In this document: positions 25,380 to 40,564 of the stretch, piece after piece
Position numbering within the stretch: position 1 is the first letter of the stretch
How the letters are laid out: each line of letters begins with the position of its first letter
From: Octopus vulgaris
Lineage: Eukaryota
NCBI GenBank assembly: GCA_951406725.2
Contig: OX597836.1
Span: 49,042,001 to 49,106,000 of the forward strand
Direction: 5' to 3'
Length of the DNA: 64,000 nucleotides
Translations under genes and position numbers: made by a program
The notes under the pieces: model-generated
Databases searched by the model: none
What the model was told of the DNA's origin: nothing
The model's input: the letters and a program-made list of their open reading frames with translations, nothing else

Positions 25380-26227
25380 TTTAATTTTACTGAATTCGTG
25401 CCAGCCGACAGCTGCAGCGAAATTCATTTTTGGACTTTCTTCTATCGAAGGCATTCTAACAAAAATGCTTCCGTATAAACGGGGAAAATATTGTCAATTT
25501 CCCCAAACAGGGACACAATTCAATTTTTAAACAATAACCAAAGCTCCTTCTCTCAAAGGGGGATGGTTACAGTTTACAATTATTTAAAAAATGCAACACA
25601 ACAACGTTTCCCTTACGAGGAACCAACAAACGTGATAACAATAGTTAAACAGAAATAATAATAACAACAAACCTTACGGCGAATCAAAAAACAGTACGCA
25701 GTTGATTTAATTTAATTTATTCCCATTCATGTGAAACCACTTATTCAAGTTCAAGTCATTGACGCAATTTTATACCAATTGCTATTTTTACTTTTGTTAT
25801 GTTACGATTATATTATACTTTAGTTTGATTTTAATTATTACTTACTACATATAATTCAATTGTTATTATTATTTTTATTGTTAAAGTGAAAGTATCTGAC
25901 ATAAAATAGAGAAATGTTTTTGTTTCACTTTTAACACGTAATACTGAAATAGTGGAGAAGATATGATATTGCTATGGGCTCGCTCTAGACACAAACACAT
26001 ACATACATGGATACATGGATACATGGATACATACATACATACATACATACATACATGCATACATACATACATACATGCATGCATGTATGCATACATACAT
26101 ACGGTTGTCCCTCGGTTTATACGGCGGTCTGATTCCGTTTGTCCCCGCGCAAATCGAAGTAGATTCTATTATTAATAGATAAAAACAATTTCGCTGATTA
26201 CTGATTGAATTGGGAGATACGATTATT

Positions 26228-26262
<35 letters not shown>

Positions 26263-26501
26263 TGTGCGTGTGTGCGTGTGTGTGTGTGCGTGTGTGTATG
26301 TGTGTGTGTGTGCGTGCGTGTTTGAAATTGTGAATGTGTGTGTGCGCGCGGTAAATCTTTGTAGCGTTGGACTTGCTGAACTTTTCTTGGTTCCTGGTGG
26401 TTTTTGTTGTTTATATTACACCATATATTGAGATTGCTTGACGGTCATTAATCGGGGTAATCCTTGTTTAAAGGTTTCTAGTTCATGGCTTTATATATAT
26501 A

Positions 26502-26896
26502 CTAGCAGTATCGCCCGGCGTTGCTCGGGTTTGTAAGGAAAATAATTATATAAGCATTTTTAGAGATGTAAAGTATAATAGCCATCTCAATATGGCTAAC
26601 CACAAAGGGGGAGGGGTGTTACTGTAGCTTTTTACGTTCTGAGATTTAATAATAAATTTTAGAGAGTTACTTCCCTTATATATGTCAAAAATGGATTAAA
26701 AATGGGAAAAATTGATGGTAAATTTTTTTTTAAATCGTAGACTCATCGTAGACGCGCGCTAATACCCAGACGGTCTCGATATGAATCACGACTATAAGAT
26801 ACCCGGTTTTGGTTAAACTGCACCGCAAAATGTGGGAGTAGTTAGGAATCTAAATCGTAGGAGACAGACACACAACCTCACTTTTATATATAAAGA
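26502..26896 (-). mobile_element. Small non-autonomous Helitron
   Basis: 5' A|TCTTTATATATAAAAGTG; 3' cccgagcaacgccggg hairpin then CTAG|T. Confidence 0.85.
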
Positions 26897-26959
26897 TTTC
26901 CTCTATTTACATAATATTGAGGTCTCTTTCTTTCTTTTGTTATCTTACTGTTTTTACCA

Positions 26960-27030
<71 letters not shown>

Positions 27031-27034
<4 letters not shown>

Positions 27035-27352
27035 CAGAGATGTACTTGCATAGCAAGTGACTTGATCTGAGATCGTGTGCTGGAACGAAAACAGTTGCAG
27101 CGTTGAAGGTGTTTATAAGCCATTTAAGAAACACACAAAAACCGTTAGATTCACTTCAACATTTAAATTTAATTTGTCAAAATATTTTCGTCGCTTTGAG
27201 ACCGCGACCTGTTAGCACGATATTTTTGTCAGTGAACAGGTCGCGGTCTCAAAGCCAGGAAAATATTTTGGTAAATTAAATTTAAATGTTGAAGTGAATC
27301 TAACGGTTTTTGTGTGTTTCTTAAATGGCTTACAAACACCTTCCACGCTGCA
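27031..27352. mobile_element. Two family C HHR elements joined head-to-head (inverted)
   Basis: 27031-27213 (-) and 27214-27352 (+); both are homologous to 23620-23825. Confidence 0.85.
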
Positions 27353-27371
27353 ATATATATATACACACATA

Positions 27372-27407
<36 letters not shown>

Positions 27408-27769
27408 TGTATGTATGTATGTATGTATGTATGTATGTATGTATGTATGTGTGTATATGTGTATGCATGTATGTGTGTGTGTGTGCGTGTCTGTGCTTGT
27501 GATTGTCCTCCACCACTGCTTGACAACGAATGTTGGTTTGTTTACATCCCTGTCACCTAGTGGTTTGACAAAGGAAACAGATAGAATAAGTACAATGCTT
27601 ACAAAAATAAAACTGGAGTTGATTCATTAAACTACAATTCTTCAAGGCATTGCCCCAGCATAGCCACAGACCAATGGCTGGAAAAAGCAGAAGAATACAA
27701 GAATACATTCTCTGCTTTGGTCTTATGTTCAAGGCATGAGAAAGCTTGAGTTTACATGAGAAGGCCTAA

Positions 27770-28040
27770 CAGACCTGGTAGAAACAGCAGCCAAATCTCC
27801 CTCAAATCACACCTTACTGTCTTATGTATGTATATATATATGAGCCAATGAGGGGGACCTCTACGTGGTAGCTAGACCTGGTAGAAATAGCAGCCAAATT
27901 TCCCCCAAATCACACCTTACTGTCTTGTCTATGTATATATGTATGAGCCTATGAGGGAGACTCCTACATGACAGCTAGACATGGTAGAAATAGCAGCCAA
28001 ATCTCCCTCAAATCACACCTTACTGTCTTATGTATGTAAA
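27770..28040 (+). repeat. Tandem repeat, about 103-bp unit, about 2.6 copies
   Basis: Unit contains tagaaatagcagccaaatctccctcaaatcacacc; dispersed versions occur at about 9595, 43440-43475(-), 54705, 54905, 61885 and 63300. Confidence 0.9.
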
Positions 28041-28909
28041 TATATATATATACAAGCCACTACGGTTATTTAATGTAAAGTCTTCCTCAAATCACTCTCG
28101 CTATTTACTCTCTTCCAAGAACATTTTTACTCACTCTTATCTCTTAGCTTGCCATACATTTTACTCATGTATCTATCAGCGTGATAGACAGAAACAAATA
28201 TTACATCGCCATCCCCATCGCCATCGCATTCTTTTGTCTACCTGTCAACACACTCACAGTGAATTAGTTTCATTTTATTCGTTGCACACTGTGTGTGTGC
28301 GTTTGCGGGTGCTGTAAACCAGACTAAGAAAAGCATTTGACATACACACCAGAATGTGAGTTTTCTGTAAATTTTGCTTAATTGGAGTTTAAATTTTAAA
28401 AACTGGACCTGGCATGACCCGATGCATTCTACTCTTAAAAATGCTAGGTAAATTGTAATTGAAGAAATCCTATATTGTAGATTTCTATAACTTACAAAGG
28501 GAGGCAGATAAAATCTGCCTTTTATAATAAGATATATATATATTTGTTATCAGTCGTAAGACACTTGTTGTTTTCACCGTTAATGCTTCTGTATTTCATG
28601 TTTCTGTATTCCATTATTGTTTTTTGTTTTTTTTATATCTGTCCCTTTTGCTGTCCTGGTGTTCGTATGCATTCGATCCTTCTTCCAGGAAATCTACGCT
28701 TCCAGCTTAGTTTTTCTAATGCTCGTTGCTTAGTTTTTCTTGGAGGGCTGGCCGTGATCTAGTAATCTCAAGATTAATCAGCCGAAATTACTACGATGAT
28801 CCGGTTCTTGACTGAAGACTGAGGGTTTCGAATGTCCTGTCCGTGTTTATTGTATCGTCTTCTAAGAGTTATACGTTCTTGTCCATGTTGTATTTTTCTA
28901 CATACCTTA

Positions 28910-28932
<23 letters not shown>

Positions 28933-28940
<8 letters not shown>

Positions 28941-29116
28941 CGAGCAATATTAATGGAGAAGAAGAGGATGTACAACAAGAAATGTTTTAGCTTGATGTTC
29001 GGTGAAAAGAGAGAGTTTGATGTTTCGAGCATAGCACCTCGTCGGAAAGGAGAAAGGGAAAAGTCCAAAGAAGGAAAAGAAATCTCCAACAACACGTGTA
29101 TAGTTACATTGCTATC
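28933..29116 (-). mobile_element. Short HHR element, family D, second copy
   Basis: Reverse complement of 24512-24697 with few differences. Confidence 0.8.
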
Positions 29117-29119
29117 TAT

Positions 29120-29206
<87 letters not shown>

Positions 29207-29207
<1 letters not shown>

Positions 29208-30383
29208 TGGGTTGGCAACTAAGTTCTTGCGGTTTTAATAAAAAATAACAACTAATTAATCAATAATGTATTCACCCTTGTTATTTACAACTTCTTCTCA
29301 ACGTTCAACAAAATTTTCAATACTTCGTTGGTAGAAACCACCCGATATCAACTCGAAAAATCGATCCAACCAAGCTCTCAATTCTGCATCAGTATTGAAC
29401 GAAACTCCGCGCATAGCATTTGAAAGAGATCGAAAGAGATGGAATTCCGTTGGTGCCAAATCAGGAGAGTACGGCGGGTGTAGCAGGACTTCCCAGTCAT
29501 GCGTTTGAATGGCTTCCTTGGTCATATTGGCGATATGAGGGCGAGCGTTGTCGTGCAGCAGAACTCCATGCTGCCGGTTAGGTCCTTTCTCTTGAATAGC
29601 CGTGCTGAGACGTTCCATCTGTTGAACATAGAGTTCCGCGTTGACCGTTTGGTTCCGTTCAAGCAATTCGTAATAGATAATCCCTTCCCGTTTTACGCAG
29701 ATGAAGATCTTGTTTCACGCGTGGTGTCGCTTGTTTACCGGGGCTATGCCATTCCTTACGCTGCTTCATATTGATGTACAGGCACCATTTTTCGTCGCCA
29801 GTAACGATTTGGTAAAGAGCTGAGCGGTGGCGAGCAAGCAAACCAGCGGAGATTGTAGCACGCTGATTTTTGTTGTTGTCACTTAAAGCATGCGGAACCC
29901 ATGTTCCTTACTTCTGAACCCTTTCCATTGAGTGAAGATGCTTCTCTATAGCAATGTGGGAGCATCCCGTTTTCTCTGCCAGTTCCCTTGTCGTGTGACG
30001 AGAATTTTCGTGCAAAAGTTGGTTTTATCGTTCTTCATCGAACTCAACTGGACGGCCAGAACGAGGTGCGTCTTTGAGGTCAAAATTACCATTTTTGAAC
30101 TTGGCATACCATTCACGAGCGGTTCTTTCAGCTATGGCACCCTCTACATACACAGCACAAACGTCGCGAGCAGCTTTTGCAGCCTTAGAACCTTGATTTA
30201 AAGCAAAAAGAAGGAGATGTCGAAAATGTTCGTTTTTCTTAACTTGACATTCCATTTTAATGATCTGAAAATCAACAAAAATTAACTAAAATTATAGAAA
30301 ATCAAAATAGATTCCAGAATTTAAAAACGCAATAAATCCCCAAATTAAAAAAAAAAACGGCGGGAATTAAGTTGCCAACCCAA
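29207..30383 (-). mobile_element. Mariner (DD34D-type) transposon with both TIRs, disrupted transposase
   Basis: TIRs TTGGGTTGGCAACT, TA TSD within (TATC)n; MECQVKKNEHFRHLLLF, RSGRP, WVPH, IVTGDEKW, LHDNARPH, HPPYSPDLAPTEFHLF. Confidence 0.95.
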
Positions 30384-30460
<77 letters not shown>

Positions 30461-30470
30461 CTCTCTCTTT

Positions 30471-30598
<128 letters not shown>

Positions 30599-31239
30599 AC
30601 TTAACGATTCAACAAAGAAATGGTAGAATAAGTGTCAGGATTTTAAAAAATTTGTTCTTGCATCGATTTGTTCGTCTAAACCCTTCAAGGCGGTGCCCCA
30701 GCATGGCCACAGCAAAATGATTGAAACAAGTAAAAGATATATTGGATGATGAATATTTTCAAGTTATTGAACGCAGAGTAATTATTTCGCTGGCTCTAAT
30801 TTTTCTTTCCTTATTTTCTAAAAACTGTTTTTACAATTTTTTTGTTGTTGCCTCAGCCTCCATTGGACGCCTTTTTTCATTTTAAGATTGATTTGATTTA
30901 TTAACTTCATTTATTTTTATTCAATTTAACTTTTCATATCCAGAGATGCATCGACTTTTTTTTATATTTAAAACACTATATTATTATTAAATTTCGAAAA
31001 TATTGAACAAAAAACTTTTAAAAATAATTCTAATTTAGCGTTGATTAATAATGAAGAAATGAAAGGGAAACGAAAAAAGCGGAACGGAAACAACCAAACT
31101 GTTTCTGAATGCGTGAAATTAATAATAATAAAAATATTAATAATTGGTGGCTGACGATATGTGCATCTCTGATCACGAGCAGAAGTAGTTGGGGAGTATC
31201 ATGTGTTGAGAGGAATTCTTTGTGGTTTGGATAATCCAC

Positions 31240-33612
31240 CTTTGGTAGGTCTTGACAGATACATTTATGTTGATTGGGACAGTCCTATCAATGAGGAGGC
31301 ATGATTTTTGTCTGAAGTCTTTCAATATAATATCTGGCCTATTCGCATCTATCTTTCTGTCAGTTTGAACGGTGAAGTTCCAGAGGAGTGAGATGTGGTC
31401 TTTTTCAAGCAATGGAGGCAGTTTGTGTTCCCACCAGTTTTTTTTTTATCATGGGACAGGTCCTAGTTTTTGCAAATTACCCAATGAATCTACTGTGCTG
31501 CTCTCTCATGCCTGTTGAGATTCTCTGTGGGGGTAAGAAGACTGCAAATGAAGACAACATGGTCGATGGTTTCATTTTGTTGTTTACGTACACGACATGT
31601 TGGACTACTGACGTTCTTTAAAATGTTGGCCTGGTAACTCCTTGTAGGTATGCATTGATCTTGGGCTGCTATGATAAACCCTTCTGTTTCTGATTTTAAG
31701 CCAGAGACACTAACCATTGTTGGGTAAGGGCTTTGTCAACATTGACAATATTAGCTTTCTTTGGGTATTTGCTATTAAGAGGTTTTTCTTGCCATTTGTC
31801 AGAAAGAATATCTAAGGCAGCAGTTTTAGCACAGGTTTTCATACGCTTAGCTTTTTCTGTGCTTGTTTCCAGTTTGTCTAATTCTGGGATTTGTTGTATT
31901 TGGAATTCACTTAGATATTCCTTTGCCTGTTTTGTTACTGAGTATGATGTTTTCTTGCTTTCATGCTTTAAGATTAGTTTTAACATCCAGTCATCAGAAT
32001 TTTTCAAGTAGGTGTCTAAGCCAATTGTGGCAATCTTCATTGTCATTGCCAGTTGTAAAAGTCCACTTCCACCCTCTTTTCTTGGCAGGTAAAGTCGTTC
32101 TGTATCTGCCTTAGGGTGGTGCATTCTATGCATTGTCAACAATTGTCCTATATTTCTGTCAAGATTACATATTTCAGTAACTCACGACTGTAAGTCACGA
32201 CTGGTATGGCTAAAGTATTGATCTCTTCGATCCTGTTTCTTGCATTCAGCTCTGTCTTGAGTGTTACCCTTAACCTGCGATAACATTCTCTTCTGATCCT
32301 TTTTCTCATCACTGAATGTATTTGTAGCTCTCCGATGGTTCTAACCCTTTTATGACATTCTGTTGGTTAAGATTAAATTTGGATGTTTCTGTCACTTTTC
32401 CTTTGATAAAGGTAGCTTTTACACATTTATCGAGGCCAAATTGCATCCTGATGCCATCACTGAATTGTTTAACAATTGCTAGTAAACCCTGTAGTAATTG
32501 GTCATTTTTTGCAAACAGCTTTAAATCATTCGTGTAAAAGAGATTATTTGTATTCTTATCAAACATTTTGCAGCCACATTGTACATCATCGAGCAATTTC
32601 GAGAGAAGTATTAAGACTAGAAAAAAGAGGAGTGATGATAGAGAGTCACCCTGGAAAATGCCACATGAAATTCTTACATTCCAGCATTGAGGAATTCATT
32701 GTCACTGTTCAAAGTCAGTGTGGTTCTCCATGATCTCAAACTTACCGCCAGTAACTTTCGCAGAGTAGGTGCTATTTTATACATTTACAGGTATTTCTTA
32801 ATCCAGCTATGTGGTAGACTATCAAAAGCTCTTTTATAGTCTACCCAGGCTTTCGACCAGTTCTTTGTTGTGACAATCTTCCAAAATCATCTTATTAATG
32901 AGTCGCTGCTCTTTACAGCCATAGGACCCATATATGCCACTTCCAGTTAAAAAGCTATAGGTATATTCAGTCAAAACAGATGTTAGTATTTTATACATTG
33001 TTGTTAAGCAATTTATGGGTCTATAATTTTTGGCGCATTTGTTTCTTCATTTTTTGAAAGTAGAAATGTAACAACTATCCAAGAGGGAATCTTACTGGGT
33101 TGTTGCAAAACATTGTTGTAAAGTTTTGATAGCTGTTCATGAGTCTCTGGGAAGGCATTCAACCAGAAGTTAGGAATTTTATCCTTTCCTGGAGACTTCC
33201 ATTTGCTTGACCTCCTGAGATTTTATATCTTATACCTTGACACCCCCCCCACACTTTTACTCCTGTAAAAATTTAAAGTCTGTTGATATTCTATCAATCG
33301 AAGGGGCCTTTCTATTGTTTTTCTTCTGCCCAAATTTTATTCCCAAACCCTTACACTTCTTTTGATGGGACAGACTTTACTGTCCCTATCTTCCTGTATA
33401 ATGTTTTGGGGTTATTTTTGAACATGTTGTCCTTGAAGAATCTAACGCGCTTTTCATACCTTGCTATGCGGGCAGCTTTAGCACATACCTTTTGCTTGAT
33501 GGTTTCTATGGTGGTATCGATGTCAAATATGGTTTTCATATATTTTTTCTTTAATTTTCGGATTTTTGTTGGTTCGATAGTCTTGTCAAACTTAAGGTTT
33601 CTTATAAACATT
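31240..33612 (-). mobile_element. R4/Dong-clade (RLE-type) LINE, degenerate
   Basis: SPGKDKIPNFWL, WVDYKRAFDSLPHSW, GIFQGDSLS, LFYTNDLKLFA, RLYLPRKEGGSGL, ETEGFIIAAQDQ, CR..QNETIDHV..C, RPDII...LLID. Confidence 0.9.
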
Positions 33613-33616
33613 CTAT

Positions 33617-33648
<32 letters not shown>

Positions 33649-33659
33649 TATTATTATTA

Positions 33660-34163
33660 TTGAGTGAGTGGGAGAGCAGTGCATGCCATCAAAGTGACCC
33701 TGGGGTAAAATTTACGAAGCTCAGTATACCCATCGTGACTACTTGTCTGATAAGGTTACACCAGGTACACAATGTCTGTGCGACATGGTTATCTCATGTC
33801 AAGTAGGGTCCAGTTAGAATTTTTCTTCAGGTCGAGTAGCCCATCCCGCTCGAAAGGTCCTTGAGTATGGGCTGTTTAAGGATGTTGAACGAAACACCTA
33901 TGTTTCCAGAGGTGAATTATCCAAACTGCAAAGAATTCCTCCCAACACATGATATTCCCCCACTACTTCTGCTCATGGTCAGAGATGCACACATCGTCAG
34001 CCACTAAAGTCTCAACTGGTTATGGTCAAACAACTGACAAGTAGATCTGTCGTACTGAGCAGAGTATTTGCTGTAGGCCATCTTTTATACCAAGACAAAA
34101 CAATGTACATGATAACACTTCTAATCAGTTAAGATCAGAAGCCATGAGAGCCACTGCCTGGCA
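33660..34163 (-). mobile_element. About 500-bp (TAA)n-associated repeat, second copy
   Basis: Reverse complement of 12418-12947. Confidence 0.8.
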
Positions 34164-34624
34164 ATTATTATTATTATTAAGGTGGTGAGCTGGCAGAATC
34201 GTTAGGTCACCGGGCGAAATGCTAGCGGTATTTTTTCTGCCACTACATTCTGAGTTCAAATGCCGCTGAGGTCGATTTACCTTTCATCTTTTCGGGGGTC
34301 GATAAACTATGTACCAGTTGAGGACTGGGGTCGATGTAAACGTAATCGACAACCCCGCTCCCTCAAAAGGCCTTTTGTCTGTAGTAGAAAGAATTATTGT
34401 TGTTGTTGTTGTTTTTGTTATTTACTTTTAATCTGTATGTTAGTTACAATCACTTTCCGACCCACACCCAGCGTCCTAGGGCGAGTGAAGGATGAGAGAT
34501 GTTGCAGTATGACTGAAAGCGGGGGGAGGGAAAGTGGCCGGGGCGATAGCGAAATATCTTCATGTAATACAACTCAGACATTTAAATTGATAGGGTTTTT
34601 CAAAGGACGCTGGCAGTGTTTGTC

Positions 34625-35240
34625 AGCGCAATCTTTTGGATTTCTCTGAGACATTGTTCTCCTGGGATGTTGTCCAGATGTTTCTGACATCCTATTTATC
34701 ATACCTGGTACACCTACAATAACAAGAACAGTTCTTGCTTTAAGATGCCATATCTTTTGTATTTTAATTTCCAGGTCCTTATATTTACTTCATTTGTCAA
34801 ATTCCTTTACAAATATATTTTTATCAATGGGAACACTTGCATCTATTAGTATTTTCTTCTCTGTCTTCAATTATTATGTCTGGTCGATTAACCTGAGTCA
34901 TTTTATCGGTGTTGATTGCAAAATCCCAGAGGATAGCGACATTTTTACCTTCAACGACTGGCTCAGGATGATGTTCATACCACTAAGCAAGTGTGCCGAT
35001 TTTGTAGTGTTTACATATTTTCCAATGTAAATATCGTGGCGATTTTTGCATTCGTTTGGTGTCAGCACAGGTCATCTCGAAACGAGATGGTCTATTGTTA
35101 CGTCAAATGTGGCGCAGAATCTGCATTTAGAGTCAGAACCGTTTTGAAGAACGTTAGCTTGGTGATTTCTGGTAAGCAAGCTTTGATCTTGTGCGGTCAA
35201 TATGAAACCTTCAGTCTCTGCTTTCAGGGCTGAACTTCTC
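34625..35240 (-). mobile_element. R4/Dong LINE 3' fragment (RLE domain)
   Basis: LKAETEGF..AAQDQSLL, ILWDFAINTDK, KYKDLEIKIQKIWHLKARTVLVIVG. Confidence 0.8.
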
Positions 35241-35283
35241 AGCTACTGATGGATTGTTGCTTGGTTATTATTATTAATGTTAT

Positions 35284-35357
<74 letters not shown>

Positions 35358-35482
35358 TTATTATTATTATTATTATTATTAATGCCATTCCGTCTGTTTT
35401 TACGTTCCCAGTCCAAATTCCACCGCGGTTGTGTTGCCTTTCAACCATTCGGGGTCGATAAAATAAGTACCAGTTAAACGCT

Positions 35483-35513
<31 letters not shown>

Positions 35514-35617
35514 TGTTATAAATGCATTATGCATTGTTATAAATCTGTCTAATAAAGGCCCGAAACATATGTACCGCTGAATCCTTGGCATCATGTTTTT
35601 ATTTTGATCAATTTATA

Positions 35618-35694
<77 letters not shown>

Positions 35695-35698
<4 letters not shown>

Positions 35699-35850
35699 CA
35701 GAGTAAGCACATAAATGCGAAACAAGGTGGAAAAAAATAGTACTCGAATACCAGAGGTAGAGTAATATGCCTTATTAAAAAGCACCAAAAATATAAAAAA
35801 AGCTGTTACTCAGAGTTTCACGTTCCCGTACGTCGGACAGTTTTGGTTGT
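35695..35850 (-). mobile_element. Short HHR element, family E; HHR at 35803-35840
   Basis: ctgt CCGACGT acg-ggaa-cgt GAA ACTC-t-GAGT A acag; a fragment of the same family lies at about 4945-4995. Confidence 0.65.
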
Positions 35851-35884
35851 TTTTTTTTCAGCTTTATTAATAAGGTATATATAT

Positions 35885-36078
35885 GTGACCGCGTATGTAT
35901 CGTTGACGATTTTCTTTCTCTGTCTCCCCTTCCTTGGATCTTTCCTTTTTCTATGTTTCTGACAAAGAGCTCTGCTCAAAACGTTAAATTCTTCTTTCTT
36001 TCCTTTCCTGAGCGTCCAATAACACTATACTTATTCCACGTCCTAGCGTTGTTGTTTTCTCTTTGTTCATGTTCGGAG

Positions 36079-36083
<5 letters not shown>
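35885..36083 (+). mobile_element. Short HHR element, family B (decayed HHR at about 35955-35990)
   Basis: gttt CTGACAA a gagc-tct-gctc AAA ACGT T aaat; both core changes are CpG-type G>A. Confidence 0.7.
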
Positions 36084-36133
<50 letters not shown>

Positions 36134-36149
36134 TTTATTATATAGAAGG

Positions 36150-36200
36150 AGCTTCTACAGGACTAGAACTGTTTCATTCAAAAGAAATCATCAGGAAGCT
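36150..36200 (-). ncRNA. Canonical type I hammerhead ribozyme (GUA cleavage triplet)
   Basis: AGCTTC CTGATGA tttc-tttt-gaat GAA ACAG-ttctagtc-CTGT A GAAGCT: 6-bp helix I and 4-bp helix III, within an element of about 280 bp (36130-36410). Confidence 0.85.
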
Positions 36201-37125
36201 AGTAGACAAGAGTTGTTTTGGCATTTATACATTTAGGCAGGTTTAAATGGGTGGTGGTGGGGGAATTTTTTGGGGGTAGGCATGGCGCAAAACTGTCATT
36301 ATTAGGGGAGTGGTCAAAGGAATTGGTGGTAAAGTAGATAAAAGAATAATAAAATAAAAAAATAAAAATAAAAATAGAGTTTTAGGTAAGTAAGGAGACT
36401 CTCACTTGTACATCTACATATATATATATACACATATATACACCCACATATTCACATATATCTATACATATACATACATACCCACATATACATACATATA
36501 TATATACATACATACACATACATATACATATATATATATACATATATATACATATATATACACATACCCATGTACGTACACACAGATACACATATACATA
36601 CATGTACGTACACATATGTATACACACTCGCACATATATATACAAATGCATATACATGCACACACGTACACACTCACATTTTTATTCTCTTATTTTAATT
36701 TTATTATTACTACTTTTGTTTATATCTTTATTTTTATCTTGACCGCGGTCAGCCGGTCTCAAGGGATGATCTAAAGATTCCGTTTATCTATCTACTCACT
36801 GATACGAACGCAAGCACTCACTCACGCCCACACACTCACACGGACACACATACACATACGCACACGCACGTGTTATATTCATACACGCATACATCTACAT
36901 ACATTCACGTATATTCATATACACGCATACACATACATACCTCAACACACCCACAGAAGACTAGTCCATACATATACACTAATTAATATATATACACATA
37001 TACATATACACATACATACACATACATACATATACATACACATATACATATATATATATATACATATATATACATATACATATACATACACATATACTTT
37101 CATACATATATACACATACACACAC

Positions 37126-37165
<40 letters not shown>

Positions 37166-37166
37166 T

Positions 37167-37226
<60 letters not shown>

Positions 37227-37229
37227 ATA

Positions 37230-37442
37230 TTGTTATATTTAGGGACAGTGATATTTTTTGGCCTGTGTCTCCTCAGGGGACACGTGGGATGGAGAGTGGC
37301 TGAAGAGGTTGCAGGATATGGCACGAAAGATTTCAGACAAAGCACACTAAAACAAGAATAATAATAACGCTGAAATGAAGACCAAATATACAGGTCGTGT
37401 GTTTGATTGGCAAAAAATATGACCATCCCCAAATATCACAAC
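37230..37442 (+). mobile_element. Solo PLE pLTR-like element with HHR (37296-37338) and short inverted termini
   Basis: CTGAAGA g gttgc...gcac GAA AGATTT C; 3' end homologous to 1885-1965; 37232-37263 is an inverted copy of 37409-37439. Confidence 0.7.
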
Positions 37443-37447
37443 ATATG

Positions 37448-37499
<52 letters not shown>

Positions 37500-37519
37500 C
37501 GTGTGTATGTATGTATGTG

Positions 37520-37583
<64 letters not shown>

Positions 37584-38056
37584 TATTCTACGCATTTCTG
37601 TGTCTATATTAGATTTTACAAATATTTGATAAAAGGATTTCAATTGGTATTTTTACCTTTATTGTACTTAACCCCTAATTAGCTGAAGTTACGCATACCT
37701 GGGCTTGTCCCTGCTTTTTATTTTCTTTTTATTTTATTTCTTTCTATCTCCGTTATACATTTCATGTCATTAGGTTTGTAATTTTTTTTTTATTATTTCA
37801 CTTTTATAAGAGAGGTTTACATAAAAAGTTTTACCTTTTATTTATTCTTATTTATATATATATTTTTACTTTTTATTATTTTTTTATTATAAGTCTTTAA
37901 ACCCTCCTTTATAATTGTGTAATTTCTACTGATTCTGAAAAGATTTGGAATTTCTCCCTGTTAAATCATTTTATAATGTAATAAAATATGGCTGTTGTGT
38001 TTTATTTACATTTATAATCACACGGTATATTCCATAAATTTTCTAAAATTTTTATA

Positions 38057-39987
<1,931 letters not shown>

Positions 39988-39996
39988 ATATTTTTA

Positions 39997-40032
<36 letters not shown>

Positions 40033-40564
40033 ATTTTACACCTTATATCCCTTCACGTTTTTCTTCTTTATTGCTGGTATTTTTTTTGTATAACAATATT
40101 AGTTTCTTTAAGAGTTTTTGAAAATAAGTTTACCCGATATGGGATTTTTTACTTATCGTTTAGATTCTAATCTCAGGTTGTAATTTAATTAAACCATGTA
40201 CTCCTGCTCAGATGATATATTAATTTTAATTATAAATTTTCATTGCTAAATGGTTTTAGCATGACCACATTAGTATTACGTTTAAGAAAAGCCTTTTTAA
40301 CTTTCTTTTATATATCAAAGGACCCTAGTTTTAAGGTTTAAGTTTATCAACTTTTCCTTTTTCTTCTACATAGTTCTAAAATCCCTTTCTAAATTTTAAC
40401 TAAATTTTGTAGTTGAGATATGCTTCGCTGCCCTCAGTTTTCACTCCCACCCTCAAGGCTTGTTTTCCTACCTTATGGTATAAAATGTCGAAGTGCATCC
40501 TTTGACCAACTTTGCACACATGAGTCTGATAACATCATAAGACTTGGAAGGCAGCTCCTTGGGC

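Larger units (their letters stand above)
24732..28532 (-). mobile_element. Non-autonomous Helitron with nested insertions
   Basis: Minus strand begins A|TCTTATTATAAAAGGCAGA (28532) and ends in a GC-rich hairpin plus CTAG|T (24732). Pairing of these two ends is inferred. Confidence 0.55.

Noticed and set aside
27770-28040. CRISPR-like repeat-spacer array
   Set aside because: The 'spacers' are homologous to each other, so it is a plain tandem duplication in a eukaryote with no cas genes.
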